From: an uncultured Clostridia bacterium
GTDB taxonomy: Bacteria > Bacillota > Clostridia > TANB77 > CAG-465
Assembly: GCA_934162655.1 (NCBI GenBank)
Contig: CAKPJL010000001.1
Coordinates: forward strand, 15,417 to 79,416
Length of the DNA stretch: 64,000 nucleotides
Direction: 5' to 3'
Each line of letters opens with the position of its first letter. Positions within the stretch are counted from its first letter, which is position 1. Below the pieces are notes generated by a model. It saw only the letters and a list, made by a program, of their open reading frames with translations. It did not search any database and was not told where the DNA came from. This document shows positions 37,466-47,410 of this stretch, one piece after another. The position numbers and the translations under genes are program-made.

Positions 37466-38641
37466 TCAATCTTTATAAATTATATTTAACAAATTTGTTA
37501 TACATCTAGTGGCATTTTGAGCATCCTCTATTGTATTACCAGATGCACCTATTTCAATTAATAAAGAATACTTATTTAAATCTTGATTATATACTGAATT
37601 TCTTATGTACATAGGCCTAAATAGCCCCGGATATATTTGCTCTCCCAGATAATTTAGCTTTAAGGCTAATTTTAAATTATCTTCAAAATAAGGATTTGGG
37701 CTATCTTTGCTACCTGCACCTACGACTAACATTACACGAGCAACTTCTACTCCTCTTATATTTACCATAGGTCTAAAATCCAAATCTTCTATTGCATCTC
37801 TATGAACATCTATTGCTATTCCAAATCCGCCATATGATGATACTGCATTTTGTAGAGTTACTCTTGATTTAGCATATGCACTAGTATATGTACCATAATC
37901 GTGGGGTGTTGTTTCCTGCACTGCTGTAAATCCCTTTTCATTTAAGTTATTAGAAAATTCTTTTGCTATTCTTAACATATTATAATTAGCATCTGTTGTT
38001 CTTCTAATTCCAGTATATTCAAATTGATATTTACTAGAATTTGCATATGATTCTGATGTATGTGTATTGTAGAGTAATATTTTATCACTTTTTTTAGTAA
38101 GTATAGGATTTACACTAGAAATTATATCACTGTAATTAATATTTCTATTATATGAATAGTTTAGTATTGAAACATTTCCTACAAATGCTCTTTGCACATA
38201 TGAACTATTTTCTGTTATAGATGTTTTAGGTACATTTGAAAATACTGCGACCTCATTTTCTATATGTGATATTTCATCAAGTGTTTGATATTCTGTTTTT
38301 ATCTCCTCTACTTTTACTTCTTCTTCTTTTTTTTCTTCAATTTTATTTAATATATAATTTTTACTATTATATATTGAAAACAAAGATACTCCATTTTTAG
38401 TCAAACTTGAAATATTATCTGCTTGTCTTAAATTATTAGACATATTAAGTATAATTTTAGGATTGCTAATTAATATAGTAAGTACCGTTAAAACTATTAT
38501 GCATGTAAATAATGTATTTACATTAAAATTAAACTTTAAATTGGTTATCAAATTATTTTTTATATTTGATTTTATAATTATTTTTAATACCTTTATTTTA
38601 TTGTTTATTTTTTTTATAACATTTGTAAAAAAAGAAATCAT
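37466..38641 (-). CDS. spoIIP: Stage II sporulation protein P
   Basis: N-terminal TM, ILLYNTHTSESY and IAIDVHRD blocks of the SpoIIP amidase family. Confidence 0.8.
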   Translation of the reverse strand: MISFFTNVIKKINNKIKVLKIIIKSNIKNNLITNLKFNFNVNTLFTCIIVLTVLTILISNPKIILNMSNNLRQADNISSLTKNGVSLFSIYNSKNYILNKIEEKKEEEVKVEEIKTEYQTLDEISHIENEVAVFSNVPKTSITENSSYVQRAFVGNVSILNYSYNRNINYSDIISSVNPILTKKSDKILLYNTHTSESYANSSKYQFEYTGIRRTTDANYNMLRIAKEFSNNLNEKGFTAVQETTPHDYGTYTSAYAKSRVTLQNAVSSYGGFGIAIDVHRDAIEDLDFRPMVNIRGVEVARVMLVVGAGSKDSPNPYFEDNLKLALKLNYLGEQIYPGLFRPMYIRNSVYNQDLNKYSLLIEIGASGNTIEDAQNATRCITNLLNIIYKD

Positions 38642-38702
38642 AACAAATTAAAACCTCTCTTGTTTTAATTTATATTATGATTTTCAAAATTTATTACTAC
38701 TT

Positions 38703-39122
38703 CTAGTCAAGTAAATTATTTAATTCATTATTATATTTATCTAGCAATTTTATAGCCTTTTCTTTTAAATCTATAACTTCCTTTTTTACATCAAGTAGTT
38801 TTTCTCTTTCCATCTCAATTAAGCCTTCTATTCTATCTTTTTCTTGAAGAGCTTCTGCCCTTGCATCTTCAATTATTTTTCTTGCTTGATCTTCTGCTGT
38901 AATTAAAGCATTTGCAACTTTTTCTTGGCGTTCTACATAGTCTATTTCATAACGCTCTAACTTCTTTTTGATTATCGTAAGTTCATTTGCAATTCTATTT
39001 GAATCGGATTTTTCAGCTTGTAGTTTACTTTCATATTCAGCTTTAATAGCTTTAATATATTCTTCTACTTCTTTTTTATCATACCCAAACATCTCATTGC
39101 CGAACTTCTTATCGTTCTCCAT
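38703..39122 (-). CDS. DivIVA-domain coiled-coil protein
   Basis: N-terminal FGNEMFGYDKKEVEEYIKAI (DivIVA motif) followed by coiled coil. Confidence 0.7.
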   Translation of the reverse strand: MENDKKFGNEMFGYDKKEVEEYIKAIKAEYESKLQAEKSDSNRIANELTIIKKKLERYEIDYVERQEKVANALITAEDQARKIIEDARAEALQEKDRIEGLIEMEREKLLDVKKEVIDLKEKAIKLLDKYNNELNNLLD

Positions 39123-39265
39123 TTATACTACCTCCGTGCTACATTTAAACTACAAATAGATTATAACAAAATTTGCTAGATTTTTCAATAGTTTTTAATT
39201 TAAATTTATGTAGAAAAGAAAAATATGGAAAATAAGATTTTCCATATTTTAAACATTATACTATT

Positions 39266-40798
39266 TTATTCTTCAATCTTAGCTATCTGTTCACCCTTAT
39301 AATTAAAATAACCTGTTTTTAATTTAATTGCTTGAACTTTTTGATATGCACTATCAAATTTATCTTTTTCAAATCTGAATATTTCTTTATTATCATTTAT
39401 GCTAAATAAATACATATCCCCTTTTACTTTATCTGTTATTATTATATAGTTATCTAATAAAACTTCTACTTTTTCAATATTTTTAATTACAGAATTTCCT
39501 TTTAAATCTAATATTTCAAATATATCATTATTAGATTTAGATACCACTATATAATCATTAAATGCTGAGTTTGTATTTAAAGTATGAATAGATATTTCAT
39601 TTCCAAGTTCTATTTCTTGCTTAGTATTTGTGTATGCCACTTTTTTTGATTCAGCGTTGACAAGTAAAACATATTTTGGATAAATTTTATCTAATAAGAC
39701 ATCCTCTTTTAATTTATTCAATTCAAAATCAAATAAATCTACCTTACCTGTCTCAATGTTTTTAAGTCCAAACATGCAACCGTATTCTACCATGTTATCA
39801 TTTGCATATTCATAACCATTAATACTCTTATAATATTTATCTTCTTTATAGATGTCTACTCCATTTTCTACATTATTTATTATATATGTTTCATCTTTAT
39901 ATGTCTTAAAGAAAATTGGTTTTCTTTCAGTTTCAAAGATTTTTACAAAATCTTTGTTAAATATTTCATAGTATCCTGCTTTGCTTTCTATAACTAAGTA
40001 TTTATCAAATTTAATATCAATAGACTCTTCTCCTGATATATAATCTACTTTTAATTTTTCATTGCCTTTTTTATCTATCAATATATATCTATTATTCTCT
40101 GTATCTTTTACAGTATTATATTCTACCTCATATCCTTTACCAGCATATAATTGCTTTCCAGAATATGAATCAAAAATAATTTCTGTTTCTCCATCAATTA
40201 TTTTAACAAGTCCTCTATCTGAATCACTATAAAGTCTCGTACCAAACTCTGCATTAACACCCTCATTTTGTGTTTCATATATTATTTCTTTGTTAGTGGA
40301 TATTCCGTAAAGTCCTTCATATGCTATCTTATATACAGGGACATCTTTTCCAAATGTAGTTATACTGTCATATACAGTATCTAATATAACCTTACCATTA
40401 TATGAAATTAAACCATATTTTCCATCTTCTGACTGTACTATATAAGAACCACAAAATCTTTCATCAGATATATCATAATATTTACCAAAAGGCACTATAA
40501 CCTTATTATTTTTGTTAATAACACCCTCTAATCCATCTTTTCTTGCGTTTACAGTTTCATAATCAAAATCTTGCATACTAGTATATCCACTAAACACATA
40601 AGTTTTTCCATCATTTCCTATGTAGACAAAATTATCTTCTTCATCCCTACCAAGATAAGTAATTGTACTCATTTTCAATTTTGAAATATCTTTTTGACTT
40701 ATAATATCTTTTAGATATAAAAATAATATTGTTCCTAATGTTACTACAACTAACACGATTAAAAAAATAATTAATTTTTTAAAATCTTTCATTCTCAT
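39266..40798 (-). CDS. Membrane-anchored WG/KWG-repeat protein
   Basis: N-terminal TM and repeated G-KYGLISYNGKVIL / GLYGIS-type WG-like repeats. Confidence 0.55.
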   Translation of the reverse strand: MRMKDFKKLIIFLIVLVVVTLGTILFLYLKDIISQKDISKLKMSTITYLGRDEEDNFVYIGNDGKTYVFSGYTSMQDFDYETVNARKDGLEGVINKNNKVIVPFGKYYDISDERFCGSYIVQSEDGKYGLISYNGKVILDTVYDSITTFGKDVPVYKIAYEGLYGISTNKEIIYETQNEGVNAEFGTRLYSDSDRGLVKIIDGETEIIFDSYSGKQLYAGKGYEVEYNTVKDTENNRYILIDKKGNEKLKVDYISGEESIDIKFDKYLVIESKAGYYEIFNKDFVKIFETERKPIFFKTYKDETYIINNVENGVDIYKEDKYYKSINGYEYANDNMVEYGCMFGLKNIETGKVDLFDFELNKLKEDVLLDKIYPKYVLLVNAESKKVAYTNTKQEIELGNEISIHTLNTNSAFNDYIVVSKSNNDIFEILDLKGNSVIKNIEKVEVLLDNYIIITDKVKGDMYLFSINDNKEIFRFEKDKFDSAYQKVQAIKLKTGYFNYKGEQIAKIEE

Positions 40799-40933
40799 AT
40801 GTTTTCCTCCAAAGTATATTTATACTGACATAATCATATAACAAATAAAAAAAATATTCAACATATTTTGGAATTTTTTTATTTTTTTTACATATATATT
40901 ATTTTTTATCAAATAATATTTTTGGTGATTTAT

Positions 40934-41392
40934 ATGAATGAAAACATTTCTATGACTGATGAAGAATACAAAAAATATGTTGAAGATAAGGCAAAAAAAA
41001 GTCCAATATTTAAAGATGTATTAATAGCATTTGTATCTGGTGGACTTATATGTATAATTGGGCAAATAATTACAAATTTATTTTTGTATTATAATGTTGA
41101 CAAAGAAACAGCATCAACTTGGACTTCAATTATATTAATATTTTTTGGAGCATTTTTAACATCTATTAATGTATATTCTATAATAGGAAAATACTGTGGT
41201 GCTGGTTCTGCTGTTCCAATTACTGGTTTTTCAAATTCAATTGTATCTCCTGCAATCGAATATAAGGCAGAAGGTCATGTACTTGGACTTGGTGCTAGTA
41301 TGTTTAAGGTAGCAGGTCCTGTACTTGTATATGGTATATCTACTTCTGTTATAGTAGGACTTATATACTTTATCATAAAATTATTTATGTAA
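40934..41392 (+). CDS. spoVAC: Stage V sporulation protein AC
   Basis: FKDVLIAFVSGGLICIIGQ and GAGSAVPITGFSNS blocks. Start moved to ATG 40934 after GGTGA. Confidence 0.9.
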   Translation: MNENISMTDEEYKKYVEDKAKKSPIFKDVLIAFVSGGLICIIGQIITNLFLYYNVDKETASTWTSIILIFFGAFLTSINVYSIIGKYCGAGSAVPITGFSNSIVSPAIEYKAEGHVLGLGASMFKVAGPVLVYGISTSVIVGLIYFIIKLFM

Positions 41393-41404
41393 TGGGAGGA
41401 AAAA

Positions 41405-42427
41405 ATGAAAATAGGTAAACAAACTATAAAATTAGAAAATACGCCTCAAATATTTAGGACATCTAATATAGTAGGTAAAAAAGAAATGGACGGTCCTCTT
41501 TCTTCTTATTTTGATAATTATACAGAAGATGAATTTTTTGGTGAAAAAACTTTTGAAAAAGCAGAAAGTAAACTAATTGAGACTTGTCTAAATAGTCTTA
41601 TAAAGAAAGCTAACTTAAAAAGTGAGGATATAGACTACATTTTTGGTGGAGATCTACTTAATCAATGCATTGCCAATGCTTTTTCAGTTAAAAATTTTAA
41701 TATTCCCTACCTAGGACTATATGGTGCATGTTCAACATTTGTAGAATCAAGTATGTTAGCATCACTATTCGTAAACGCAGGATATGCAAACAAGGCTATT
41801 AGTGTTACTTCTTCGCATTTTTGTACAGCTGAACGTCAATTTAGACTTCCACTAGAACATGGTAACCAAAAGTCTCCTACTGCTCAATGCACTGTTACTG
41901 GTTCTGGTTCTATGTTATTTGTAAAAAAAGATGAAAATTTAAAGGATTGTCCATATGTAACTTATGTTACTCCTGGTAAAATAGTTGATATGGGTATAAA
42001 AGATATGACTAATATGGGAGCTGCTATGGCAGGTGCTGCAATTGATACTATTATAACACATCTAAAAGATACTAAAAGAAGTCCTGAATACTATGATGCT
42101 ATAATTACCGGTGATTTAGGAGTTTTAGGCTCAGAAATATTAGTAGAGTTATGTCAAAAACAAGGATTTGATATTTCAAAAAACCATTTTGATGCTGGTA
42201 AAATGATATACGATATAGAAGCACAAGATGCACATTGCGGTGGAAGTGGTTGTGGCTGCATTGCAAGTGTGTTTACTAGTTATTTTTTTAATCAGTTAAA
42301 GTCTAAACAAATTAACAAAGTTCTTGTCGTAGCAACTGGTGCACTAATGAGTACAGTATCTTCAATGCAAGGTCAATCAATACCTGGAATTGCTCACGCA
42401 ATAGCAATAGAAAATGAGGTGGAATAA
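41405..42427 (+). CDS. spoVAD: Stage V sporulation protein AD
   Basis: Thiolase-like fold and GLYGACSTFVES block. Positioned between spoVAC and spoVAE. Confidence 0.9.
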   Translation: MKIGKQTIKLENTPQIFRTSNIVGKKEMDGPLSSYFDNYTEDEFFGEKTFEKAESKLIETCLNSLIKKANLKSEDIDYIFGGDLLNQCIANAFSVKNFNIPYLGLYGACSTFVESSMLASLFVNAGYANKAISVTSSHFCTAERQFRLPLEHGNQKSPTAQCTVTGSGSMLFVKKDENLKDCPYVTYVTPGKIVDMGIKDMTNMGAAMAGAAIDTIITHLKDTKRSPEYYDAIITGDLGVLGSEILVELCQKQGFDISKNHFDAGKMIYDIEAQDAHCGGSGCGCIASVFTSYFFNQLKSKQINKVLVVATGALMSTVSSMQGQSIPGIAHAIAIENEVE

Positions 42428-42429
42428 AT

Positions 42430-42789
42430 ATGTTTATGGAATACTTGAAAGTTTTTTTTACTGGTGGATTTATATGTGCTATCGCCCAAATTTTAATAGA
42501 CAAAACTAAACTTACACCCGCAAGAATACTCGTTATATATGTTACACTAGGAGTAATATTTACAGCAATTGGTATATATTCACCTCTTGTTGAATTTGGA
42601 AAATGTGGTGCAACTGTACCAATATCTGGATTTGGGTATTCACTTTGCAAAGGCGTATTTAAGGCAGTCGACGAGATGGGAATTATTGGAATATTTGTTG
42701 GAGGAGTAAAAGCAACATCTGCTGGAATTTGTGCTGCTGTAATTTTTGGTTATATTGCTTCTCTTGTTGCAAAGCCAAAACTAAAATAA
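42430..42789 (+). CDS. spoVAE: Stage V sporulation protein AE (AEb-type)
   Basis: FTGGFICAIAQILID and GATVPISGFGYSL blocks. Confidence 0.88.
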   Translation: MFMEYLKVFFTGGFICAIAQILIDKTKLTPARILVIYVTLGVIFTAIGIYSPLVEFGKCGATVPISGFGYSLCKGVFKAVDEMGIIGIFVGGVKATSAGICAAVIFGYIASLVAKPKLK

Positions 42790-42853
42790 ATATTAAGTAT
42801 AAAAAATATTTTTAGAGTAATAATATATATGTGATTTAATGGAGGTAATATTT

Positions 42854-43036
42854 ATGGATAATTTAAATCAATTAGAAATTCAAAACATAAGACACATATG
42901 CGGTCATGCAACTGGTTTTTGTGACAAAATTGCTTACTATAAGACAATATGTCAAGACACTAATGAAACAGAAGTACTTGAAAAAATTTGTGGAAGTTTA
43001 ACAAATTTAAAAAGTGAACTTTCACAAATGTTATAG
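42854..43036 (+). CDS. Hypothetical 60-aa Cys-containing protein downstream of spoVA
   Basis: ATG 42854 after TGGAGGT. Co-oriented with the spoVA operon and the CotF-like gene. Confidence 0.4.
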   Translation: MDNLNQLEIQNIRHICGHATGFCDKIAYYKTICQDTNETEVLEKICGSLTNLKSELSQML

Positions 43037-43048
43037 GAGGTAATAATT

Positions 43049-43291
43049 ATGAATGAAAAAACAGCAATAAGTGATAGTTTATCATCACTAAATTCAATGA
43101 TTACATTATTAAATTATTCAATAGAACAATCTAACAATATGAGCTTTAGAAACGCTTTAATATCTTCTAGAAATAACTTAGAAAACATCCAATGGGAAAT
43201 TTATCAAATAGCAAAACAAAAAGGATTTTATATTCCTGCTGCACCTGCTGGAGCAGCAGATATCGATCAAGTTAAAAATTCTATATCTTAG
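43049..43291 (+). CDS. Spore coat protein F-like (Coat_F domain) small protein
   Basis: ISDSLSSLNSMITLLNYSIEQSNNMSFRNAL...IYQIAKQKGFY fits the Coat_F pattern from recall. Confidence 0.5.
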   Translation: MNEKTAISDSLSSLNSMITLLNYSIEQSNNMSFRNALISSRNNLENIQWEIYQIAKQKGFYIPAAPAGAADIDQVKNSIS

Positions 43292-43322
43292 AAAAAAAAC
43301 CACGTGGCCTCACGTGGTTTTC
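43292..43322. terminator. Bidirectional GC-rich hairpin terminator
   Basis: aaccacgtg/cacgtggtt stem flanked by A8 and TTT, between convergent genes. Confidence 0.75.
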
Positions 43323-43394
43323 TTAAAATAAAACATTTTCATTACAAAATAAAATATAATAAACTTGCAGTTACCATATTTAAGTCTTTAATGA

Positions 43395-43844
43395 CTATAT
43401 CATAATATCATTATCTTCTAATCTTCTTGGCTTTTTCATTTTTATATTATGATCATTTGTTTTTTCAATATCTTTTTTATTAAAATCCATTCCAATTGAT
43501 CTTAATTCTTGCTTTCTTGCAATAAGTGGATTTAGTCTGCTTTTTATGAAAAATTCAACATACATATCTGTTGCCTCTTTCCTTGTAAGTTTAACTTTAT
43601 TACTTGTTGCATCTTTTGTATCTACTTTAAAAAATTCTCCATTTTCATATTTTAATTGGATCATGCCATCTGTATATATTACTTTATTTTGGCTTGATGG
43701 AATAGATATTTTGCTTAGTTCTTTACTATAATCAAATATTTCAGATGCTTCAGATACTTTAGTCCTTTGTTTATTTGCTTTGGTTATAATTTCCTTTACT
43801 TCACTATCACTTATATCTACAACACTTATTTTATTTTCATTCAT
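43395..43844 (-). CDS. Hypothetical protein (149 aa) overlapping the mrnC stop by 4 nt
   Basis: ATGA overlap with mrnC. No recognisable motif. Confidence 0.5.
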   Translation of the reverse strand: MNENKISVVDISDSEVKEIITKANKQRTKVSEASEIFDYSKELSKISIPSSQNKVIYTDGMIQLKYENGEFFKVDTKDATSNKVKLTRKEATDMYVEFFIKSRLNPLIARKQELRSIGMDFNKKDIEKTNDHNIKMKKPRRLEDNDIMI

Positions 43845-44251
43845 TTGTTTGTATTCTCCTTTACAATTTCTATACTAGCCTTTATAATTTCTTCAAGTCT
43901 TGAAATATCGTTTTTTAAATATAAATATCCGAGCAAAGCTTCATAGCCTGTCGCTTTTTTATATGATATAACATCAACATGCTTGGAAACAGTATTTATA
44001 TTTGTATTTCTTCCTCTCTTATAAACTAATTTTTCTTTTTCATCTAAACTATCATAAATCTTATCTATTATATTTGACTGTGCTTTAGCACTAACATACA
44101 TAATAGATTTATTATGTAATTTTCCTGTATTGGTATTTGAAATTGAAATTAAATATGTCCTAATATATACATTATATATAGCATCACCTACAAAAGCTAA
44201 ATTTTGTTGTGACACATTTTGTAGATCTATTTTTTTTATAAAATCTTCCAT
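43841..44251 (-). CDS. mrnC: Mini-ribonuclease III
   Basis: LAFVGDAIYNVYIRTYL, VSAKAQS, YKRGRN and ATGYEALLGYLYL blocks. Confidence 0.85.
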   Translation of the reverse strand: MEDFIKKIDLQNVSQQNLAFVGDAIYNVYIRTYLISISNTNTGKLHNKSIMYVSAKAQSNIIDKIYDSLDEKEKLVYKRGRNTNINTVSKHVDVISYKKATGYEALLGYLYLKNDISRLEEIIKASIEIVKENTNK

Positions 44252-44259
44252 TTTTACTC

Positions 44260-45057
44260 CTACTCTAATATAGTTGTTAAATCAACATCGAAATTAGCAC
44301 TATCACACTTTACAACATTAATATCTGAAAATAAATATTCTTGTTCAAGTGACACTTGTTTTAATTTACTAAGTTCAAGAACTCCCAAAAAAGCTGTAGC
44401 TACTTCTATATTATCACATTTTGAAGTGTCATACATATGATTAAAATTCATATTTTTATTTTCTTTTAAATAGTTTACTATTTGCGTTACTTTATCTTTT
44501 ACTGTTACTTTTTCATATATTGCAATTTTATCTATAAGTTTAGCATTTTTATTAATTTTATTTTCATTTCTTCTCAAAATTGAAATATAAACATTATAAA
44601 TTTCTGTTTTATCAAGAGCTTGTCCTGTATATTTTGTTTCTCTTTTATAGTTTATCTTCTCATATGGTTTAGAAAAACTTCCAAAATTTATTTGATACAT
44701 ATTAGCAATTGATGAAGATATTTCTTTATATTTCTTATACTCTATAATTCTTGAAATTATGTCTTGCTCTGTTTGACCTTCATCTTCATCTTCTTTTTTC
44801 TCTATTTCAGGTAATAATTTTTTTGCTTTTATATCCAAAAGAGTTGCTGCCATTACAACAAATTCTGAAGCAATTTCAATATTTTCTTCTGTCATTTCAT
44901 TTAAATAATTAATGTATTTATCAGTCAAATCACTAAGACAAATATCAAATATATTCATTTTATGTTTAGATATCAAGAATAACAAAAGATCCATAGGCCC
45001 TTCAAAATTATCTATTTTTATATTATATTTTTCCTTATTTAATATATCATCTCTCAT
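44260..45057 (-). CDS. scpA: Segregation and condensation protein A
   Basis: FEGPMDLLLFLISKHKMNIFDICLSDLTDKYINYL and C-terminal VATAFLGVLELSK. Confidence 0.88.
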   Translation of the reverse strand: MRDDILNKEKYNIKIDNFEGPMDLLLFLISKHKMNIFDICLSDLTDKYINYLNEMTEENIEIASEFVVMAATLLDIKAKKLLPEIEKKEDEDEGQTEQDIISRIIEYKKYKEISSSIANMYQINFGSFSKPYEKINYKRETKYTGQALDKTEIYNVYISILRRNENKINKNAKLIDKIAIYEKVTVKDKVTQIVNYLKENKNMNFNHMYDTSKCDNIEVATAFLGVLELSKLKQVSLEQEYLFSDINVVKCDSANFDVDLTTILE

Positions 45058-45077
45058 TTATAATGTTTTCTCCCTTT

Positions 45078-45794
45078 TTATTTTACGGCAGTATCAAGTG
45101 CTATTTTTATCATATCATTTAAAGCGTTTTGTCTTTTAATTGCAGGTATTGATTTCTTATCATTTATAACATCTACTACACTTAAAAGGCAAGCGGCTTC
45201 CTTGTTACATTTTTTGGCAACATTAAATAAAGCATATGCCTCCATTTCAGCAGCTATACATTTAATCTCACTTGGAACCCTTTTTAGCAGGCTATCTACA
45301 TCTATATATAGATCAAAAGCCTCCGATGTAAGTACAGTTCCTCTTATAACCCTTATATTATCTTCTTTTGCAACATCAGAAATTAAATTAGTTAAATTCT
45401 CACTTGCAGAAACTATATGTGAATTTTCTCCCATATAAGTAAGTGCAAAATTAGATTCTGAATATGCTCTATCAACAAGAATTGTATCAAGTAGTTTTAA
45501 ATTTTCATCGTAAGCACCACATGAACCAATTCTAATTATTTTTTTTACATTATAAAACTCATATAATTCATGTGCATAAATTCCTATACTTGGCATTCCC
45601 ATTCCGCTACCCATTACAGAAACCTTTTTTCCTTTATACATTCCAGTAAAACCATACATTGCTCTTACTTCATTAAAACATACTGCATTTTCTAAAAAAT
45701 TGTCTGCAATATATTTTGCTCTTAGTGGATCACCAGGCATTAAAACAACATCTGCAATCTCTCCTAAACTAGCACTATTATGTGGTGTTGGCAT
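45078..45794 (-). CDS. deoD: Purine nucleoside phosphorylase, DeoD type
   Basis: MPTPHNSASLGEIADVVLMPGDPLRAKYIADNFLE...VMGSGMGMPSIGIYAHEL is closely similar to E. coli DeoD as I recall it. Confidence 0.92.
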   Translation of the reverse strand: MPTPHNSASLGEIADVVLMPGDPLRAKYIADNFLENAVCFNEVRAMYGFTGMYKGKKVSVMGSGMGMPSIGIYAHELYEFYNVKKIIRIGSCGAYDENLKLLDTILVDRAYSESNFALTYMGENSHIVSASENLTNLISDVAKEDNIRVIRGTVLTSEAFDLYIDVDSLLKRVPSEIKCIAAEMEAYALFNVAKKCNKEAACLLSVVDVINDKKSIPAIKRQNALNDMIKIALDTAVK

Positions 45795-45806
45795 AACAAA
45801 TTCCTC

Positions 45807-46217
45807 CTAATACTCATCATTTGTAAAACCTTTTTGATACAAATATTTTTTTATTTTTATATCATCTAAATTTTTAAACTTTGTATTATATAATCTTTCC
45901 AAAACTTTTTTTTCATAATCACAATCATACAAAGCTTGTAATTTTTCTTCAATTATATACTTTTTTATACCTTTTTGCAATAGCTTTTGTTTTATTTGAT
46001 ATATAGACATAGTAAGAAGACGCATATTTTGTCTAATATATGCGTCTACATATTCATTATCATTTATATAACCAAGCGAAGTTAAATAATCAGTAACTAA
46101 ATCTACTGTTTCTTCATCACATTTTAGTGAGTATAATTTATTCTTAACTTCTTGCTCAGTTTTTTTTGAAATACCTATATATCTAATAGCTTTAATTTTT
46201 GCTGTTTCAAAATCCAT
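45807..46217 (-). CDS. recX: Recombination regulator RecX
   Basis: Immediately downstream of recA. Repeated three-helix pattern (YL..LGYINDNEYVDAYIR). Start at ATG 46217 after GGAGGA. Confidence 0.75.
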   Translation of the reverse strand: MDFETAKIKAIRYIGISKKTEQEVKNKLYSLKCDEETVDLVTDYLTSLGYINDNEYVDAYIRQNMRLLTMSIYQIKQKLLQKGIKKYIIEEKLQALYDCDYEKKVLERLYNTKFKNLDDIKIKKYLYQKGFTNDEY

Positions 46218-46235
46218 ATAGTATTCCTCCAAATA

Positions 46236-47291
46236 TTATTCTATTTCTTCTGTCTGCTCTATTTCATCTATTTCTTTTATTTCTCCCATGCTTTTTTCAA
46301 ATGCAGCATTAAAATTATCTCTTACTTTTTGTTCTATTTCCTTCATAACCTCAGGATTTTTAGCTAAATATTCTTTTGCATTTTCTCTTCCTTGACCTAT
46401 TTTTTCACCATTATATGCAAACCATGCACCACTCTTATCCACTATATCCATATTTACTGCAAGGTCAAGTACACATCCTTCATTTGATATTCCTTTTCCA
46501 TAAATTATATCAAATTCTGCTTCTCTAAATGGTGGAGCTACTTTATTTTTAACTACTTTTACTTTGGTTCTAGAGCCTTTTACTTCACCATTTACCTTTA
46601 TTGCTTCTTGTTTTCTTACATCTAATCTTACAGAAGAATAGAATTTTAATGCTCTTCCACCTGGTGTTGTTTCAGGGTTACCAAACATTATTCCTACTTT
46701 TTCCCTTAATTGGTTTATAAATATTGCTACTGTTTTTGATTTATTTAAAACACCAGTTAATTTTCTTAATGCTTGTGACATAAGACGGGCTTGAAGTCCA
46801 ACATGAGAATCTCCCATTTCTCCGTCTATTTCTGCTTTAGGAACAAGTGCTGCAACTGAATCTATTGTTATTATATCTACTGCACCACTTCTTATTAATT
46901 GTTCTGCAATTTCTAATGCTTGTTCACCAGTATCTGGTTGAGCAACTATTAAGTTATCTATATCTACTCCTAAATTTCTTGCATAAACAGGATCTAGAGC
47001 ATGTTCTGCATCAATGAATGCCGCAATTCCTCCTTGTTTTTGAGCCTCTGCAATAGCATGCAAAGCAACTGTTGTTTTTCCTGATGATTCAGGTCCAAAA
47101 ATTTCTATTACTCTTCCTCTTGGGAAACCACCAATTCCAAGTGCAATATCTAAACTAAGTGCACCTGTTGGTATTGAATCAATATTTACAGTCGAAACTT
47201 CTCCAAGTTTCATAACTGATCCTTTTCCAAAATCTTTTTCGATTTGTGCCATGGCCATCTCTAGTGCTTTTTTTCTTTCATCTGATATCAT
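46236..47291 (-). CDS. recA: Recombinase A
   Basis: GPESSGKTT Walker [10 protein letters not shown], and L2 loop [15 protein letters not shown]. Confidence 0.98.
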   Translation of the reverse strand: MISDERKKALEMAMAQIEKDFGKGSVMKLGEVSTVNIDSIPTGALSLDIALGIGGFPRGRVIEIFGPESSGKTTVALHAIAEAQKQGGIAAFIDAEHALDPVYARNLGVDIDNLIVAQPDTGEQALEIAEQLIRSGAVDIITIDSVAALVPKAEIDGEMGDSHVGLQARLMSQALRKLTGVLNKSKTVAIFINQLREKVGIMFGNPETTPGGRALKFYSSVRLDVRKQEAIKVNGEVKGSRTKVKVVKNKVAPPFREAEFDIIYGKGISNEGCVLDLAVNMDIVDKSGAWFAYNGEKIGQGRENAKEYLAKNPEVMKEIEQKVRDNFNAAFEKSMGEIKEIDEIEQTEEIE

Positions 47292-47379
47292 AAATCTTCC
47301 TCCAATTTTAATATTATTTCAAACATTCGTTCAAACAGATTATACTATTTGTTTTTATGTTTGTCAAGCTTAAAAATGA

Positions 47380-47410
47380 AAAAAAATAAAAATGTGACTA
47401 AGTCACATTT
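47380..47410 (-). terminator. Rho-independent terminator after the HD-EAL gene
   Basis: aaatgtga/tcacattt stem. The plus-strand A-rich run gives U-rich sequence on the minus strand. Confidence 0.6.
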
